From positions 4,006,152 to 4,070,151 of the forward strand of contig CBDDFZ010000001.1 of the NCBI GenBank assembly GCA_965227515.1: a stretch of DNA of 64,000 bases, given 5' to 3'. Of this stretch, positions 63,055 through 64,000 are shown piece after piece. A program made the position numbers and the translations under genes. Under the pieces are notes generated by a model. The model searched no databases. It saw only the letters and a list, made by a program, of their open reading frames with translations, and had not been told where the DNA came from. Positions within the stretch are counted from its first letter, which is position 1. The number at the start of each line of letters is the position of its first letter. The DNA is from Alphaproteobacteria bacterium. Lineage in GTDB: Bacteria > Pseudomonadota > Alphaproteobacteria > CALKHQ01.

Positions 63055-64000
63055 ATGGACGAGCACCACGCGTTGTTGGAAGAGATTGGCGCCTATTGCC
63101 GCGACCACGGCATGGCGGAGTCCACGTTCGGGCGCCTGGCGGTCAATGACGGCAAGCTGGTCGGCCGTCTGCGCGACGGCAAGAGCGTCACGCTCACCAC
63201 GGTCGGCCGGGTCCAGGAATTCATACGCAATGGCCGCAATGGCGAGGCGGCACGCGCCCCGGCGCCGGGCCCGGCCCCGATCCGCCGGGTCGATCCGTCG
63301 GAAATGGCGCCGAGACCGGGCGACACGGACGACGATACGTCAGCAGGCTCCGGCAATTTCCGCTTCTTCGACAACCGCCAGAAATACCTGATGTTCGTGA
63401 ACACCTGCTCCGAGAAGTGGGTGGTGGCCAACCGGGTCGCGATGGAACTGGCCCATATCCATCCGCGTCCGCCGGCGGTGCGCATATTCGACGCCGGCAT
63501 CGGCGACGGCACGGTGCTGACGCGGTTGATGCGCGCTATGCACGCGCGCTTCCCCAACATGCCGCACTATATCTCCGGCAAGGAGATCAGCCTGGAAGAC
63601 ATCCGGCTTGCCCTCGAAAAGATGGCCGACCGCTTCCACGAGCACCCAGCGACCGTGCTGGTGCTGACCAATATGTACTATGCCGAGGCGCCGTGGTTGC
63701 GGGTGCGCACCTCGTCGGCCGCCAACAGCCTGGTCTGGCACGACGTGCCGCTGCAGGGCTCGTCGTCGTTCGATTTCGAGGAGCAGATCACCGCGCTGGA
63801 GCCGTTCCTGGCCGAGAACTGGCAGGCCAAGGTCAGCCAGAAGACCGGCAACCCGATCTACGACCGCCCGGTGGTGCTGGTGCTGTACCGCGAGGACCAC
63901 AAGTTCCTGCTGGACAGCGTTCTGCCGCGCCCCGGCCGCACCGAGGCAGAATTCGACATGGTCATCGCCTCGCAGCCCTATCGCGCCCGCACGTCGGCCG
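63055..64000 (+). CDS. Hypothetical protein: small HTH-like N-terminal domain fused to a SAM-methyltransferase-like domain (runs off window)
   Basis: Manual translation: MDEHHALLEEIGAYCRDHGMAESTFGRLAVNDGKLV...FRFFDNRQKYLMFVNTCSEK...RIFDAGIGDGT; open to the window end. Confidence 0.8.
   Translation, partial: MDEHHALLEEIGAYCRDHGMAESTFGRLAVNDGKLVGRLRDGKSVTLTTVGRVQEFIRNGRNGEAARAPAPGPAPIRRVDPSEMAPRPGDTDDDTSAGSGNFRFFDNRQKYLMFVNTCSEKWVVANRVAMELAHIHPRPPAVRIFDAGIGDGTVLTRLMRAMHARFPNMPHYISGKEISLEDIRLALEKMADRFHEHPATVLVLTNMYYAEAPWLRVRTSSAANSLVWHDVPLQGSSSFDFEEQITALEPFLAENWQAKVSQKTGNPIYDRPVVLVLYREDHKFLLDSVLPRPGRTEAEFDMVIASQPYRARTSA

Overview
GC-rich alphaproteobacterial chromosomal segment (Rhodospirillales-like gene order; exported proteins are strongly acidic, suggesting a marine or saline organism). 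It carries the end of a T6SS cluster (tssA-tssB-tssC') with a divergent exported pseudo-caspase multidomain gene and a GDP-(6-deoxy)heptose cassette. Housekeeping genes include nrdA, def-fmt-truA, dapD-dapE, tamAB, moaB, an SLT, UDG, ETF-QO and ispE. There is also a PHA cluster, a probable oxalyl-CoA synthetase/reductase pair, phoD, iolB, a RelE/ParE TA pair, an IS5-family element and several dispersed REP/MITE-like repeats. The standout is a complete IS110-family (IS1111-type) element at 10555-11983, inserted at a CT core in a GTAG-type REP. Its 3' non-coding region visibly contains four short segments matching both target flanks and both of its own ends, i.e. a readable bridge/seek-type guide RNA, and an empty perfect target lies about 300 bp away. 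Other oddities: a stand-alone N-terminal half of MetE, a 242-bp dual-frame overlap of a PhaE-like mini-protein with a PhaC-like synthase, a 65-aa acidic/aromatic protein with no Lys/Arg, a bacterial cereblon, and a ~130-bp palindromic repeat in four copies. All calls were made by eye; no database searches were run.
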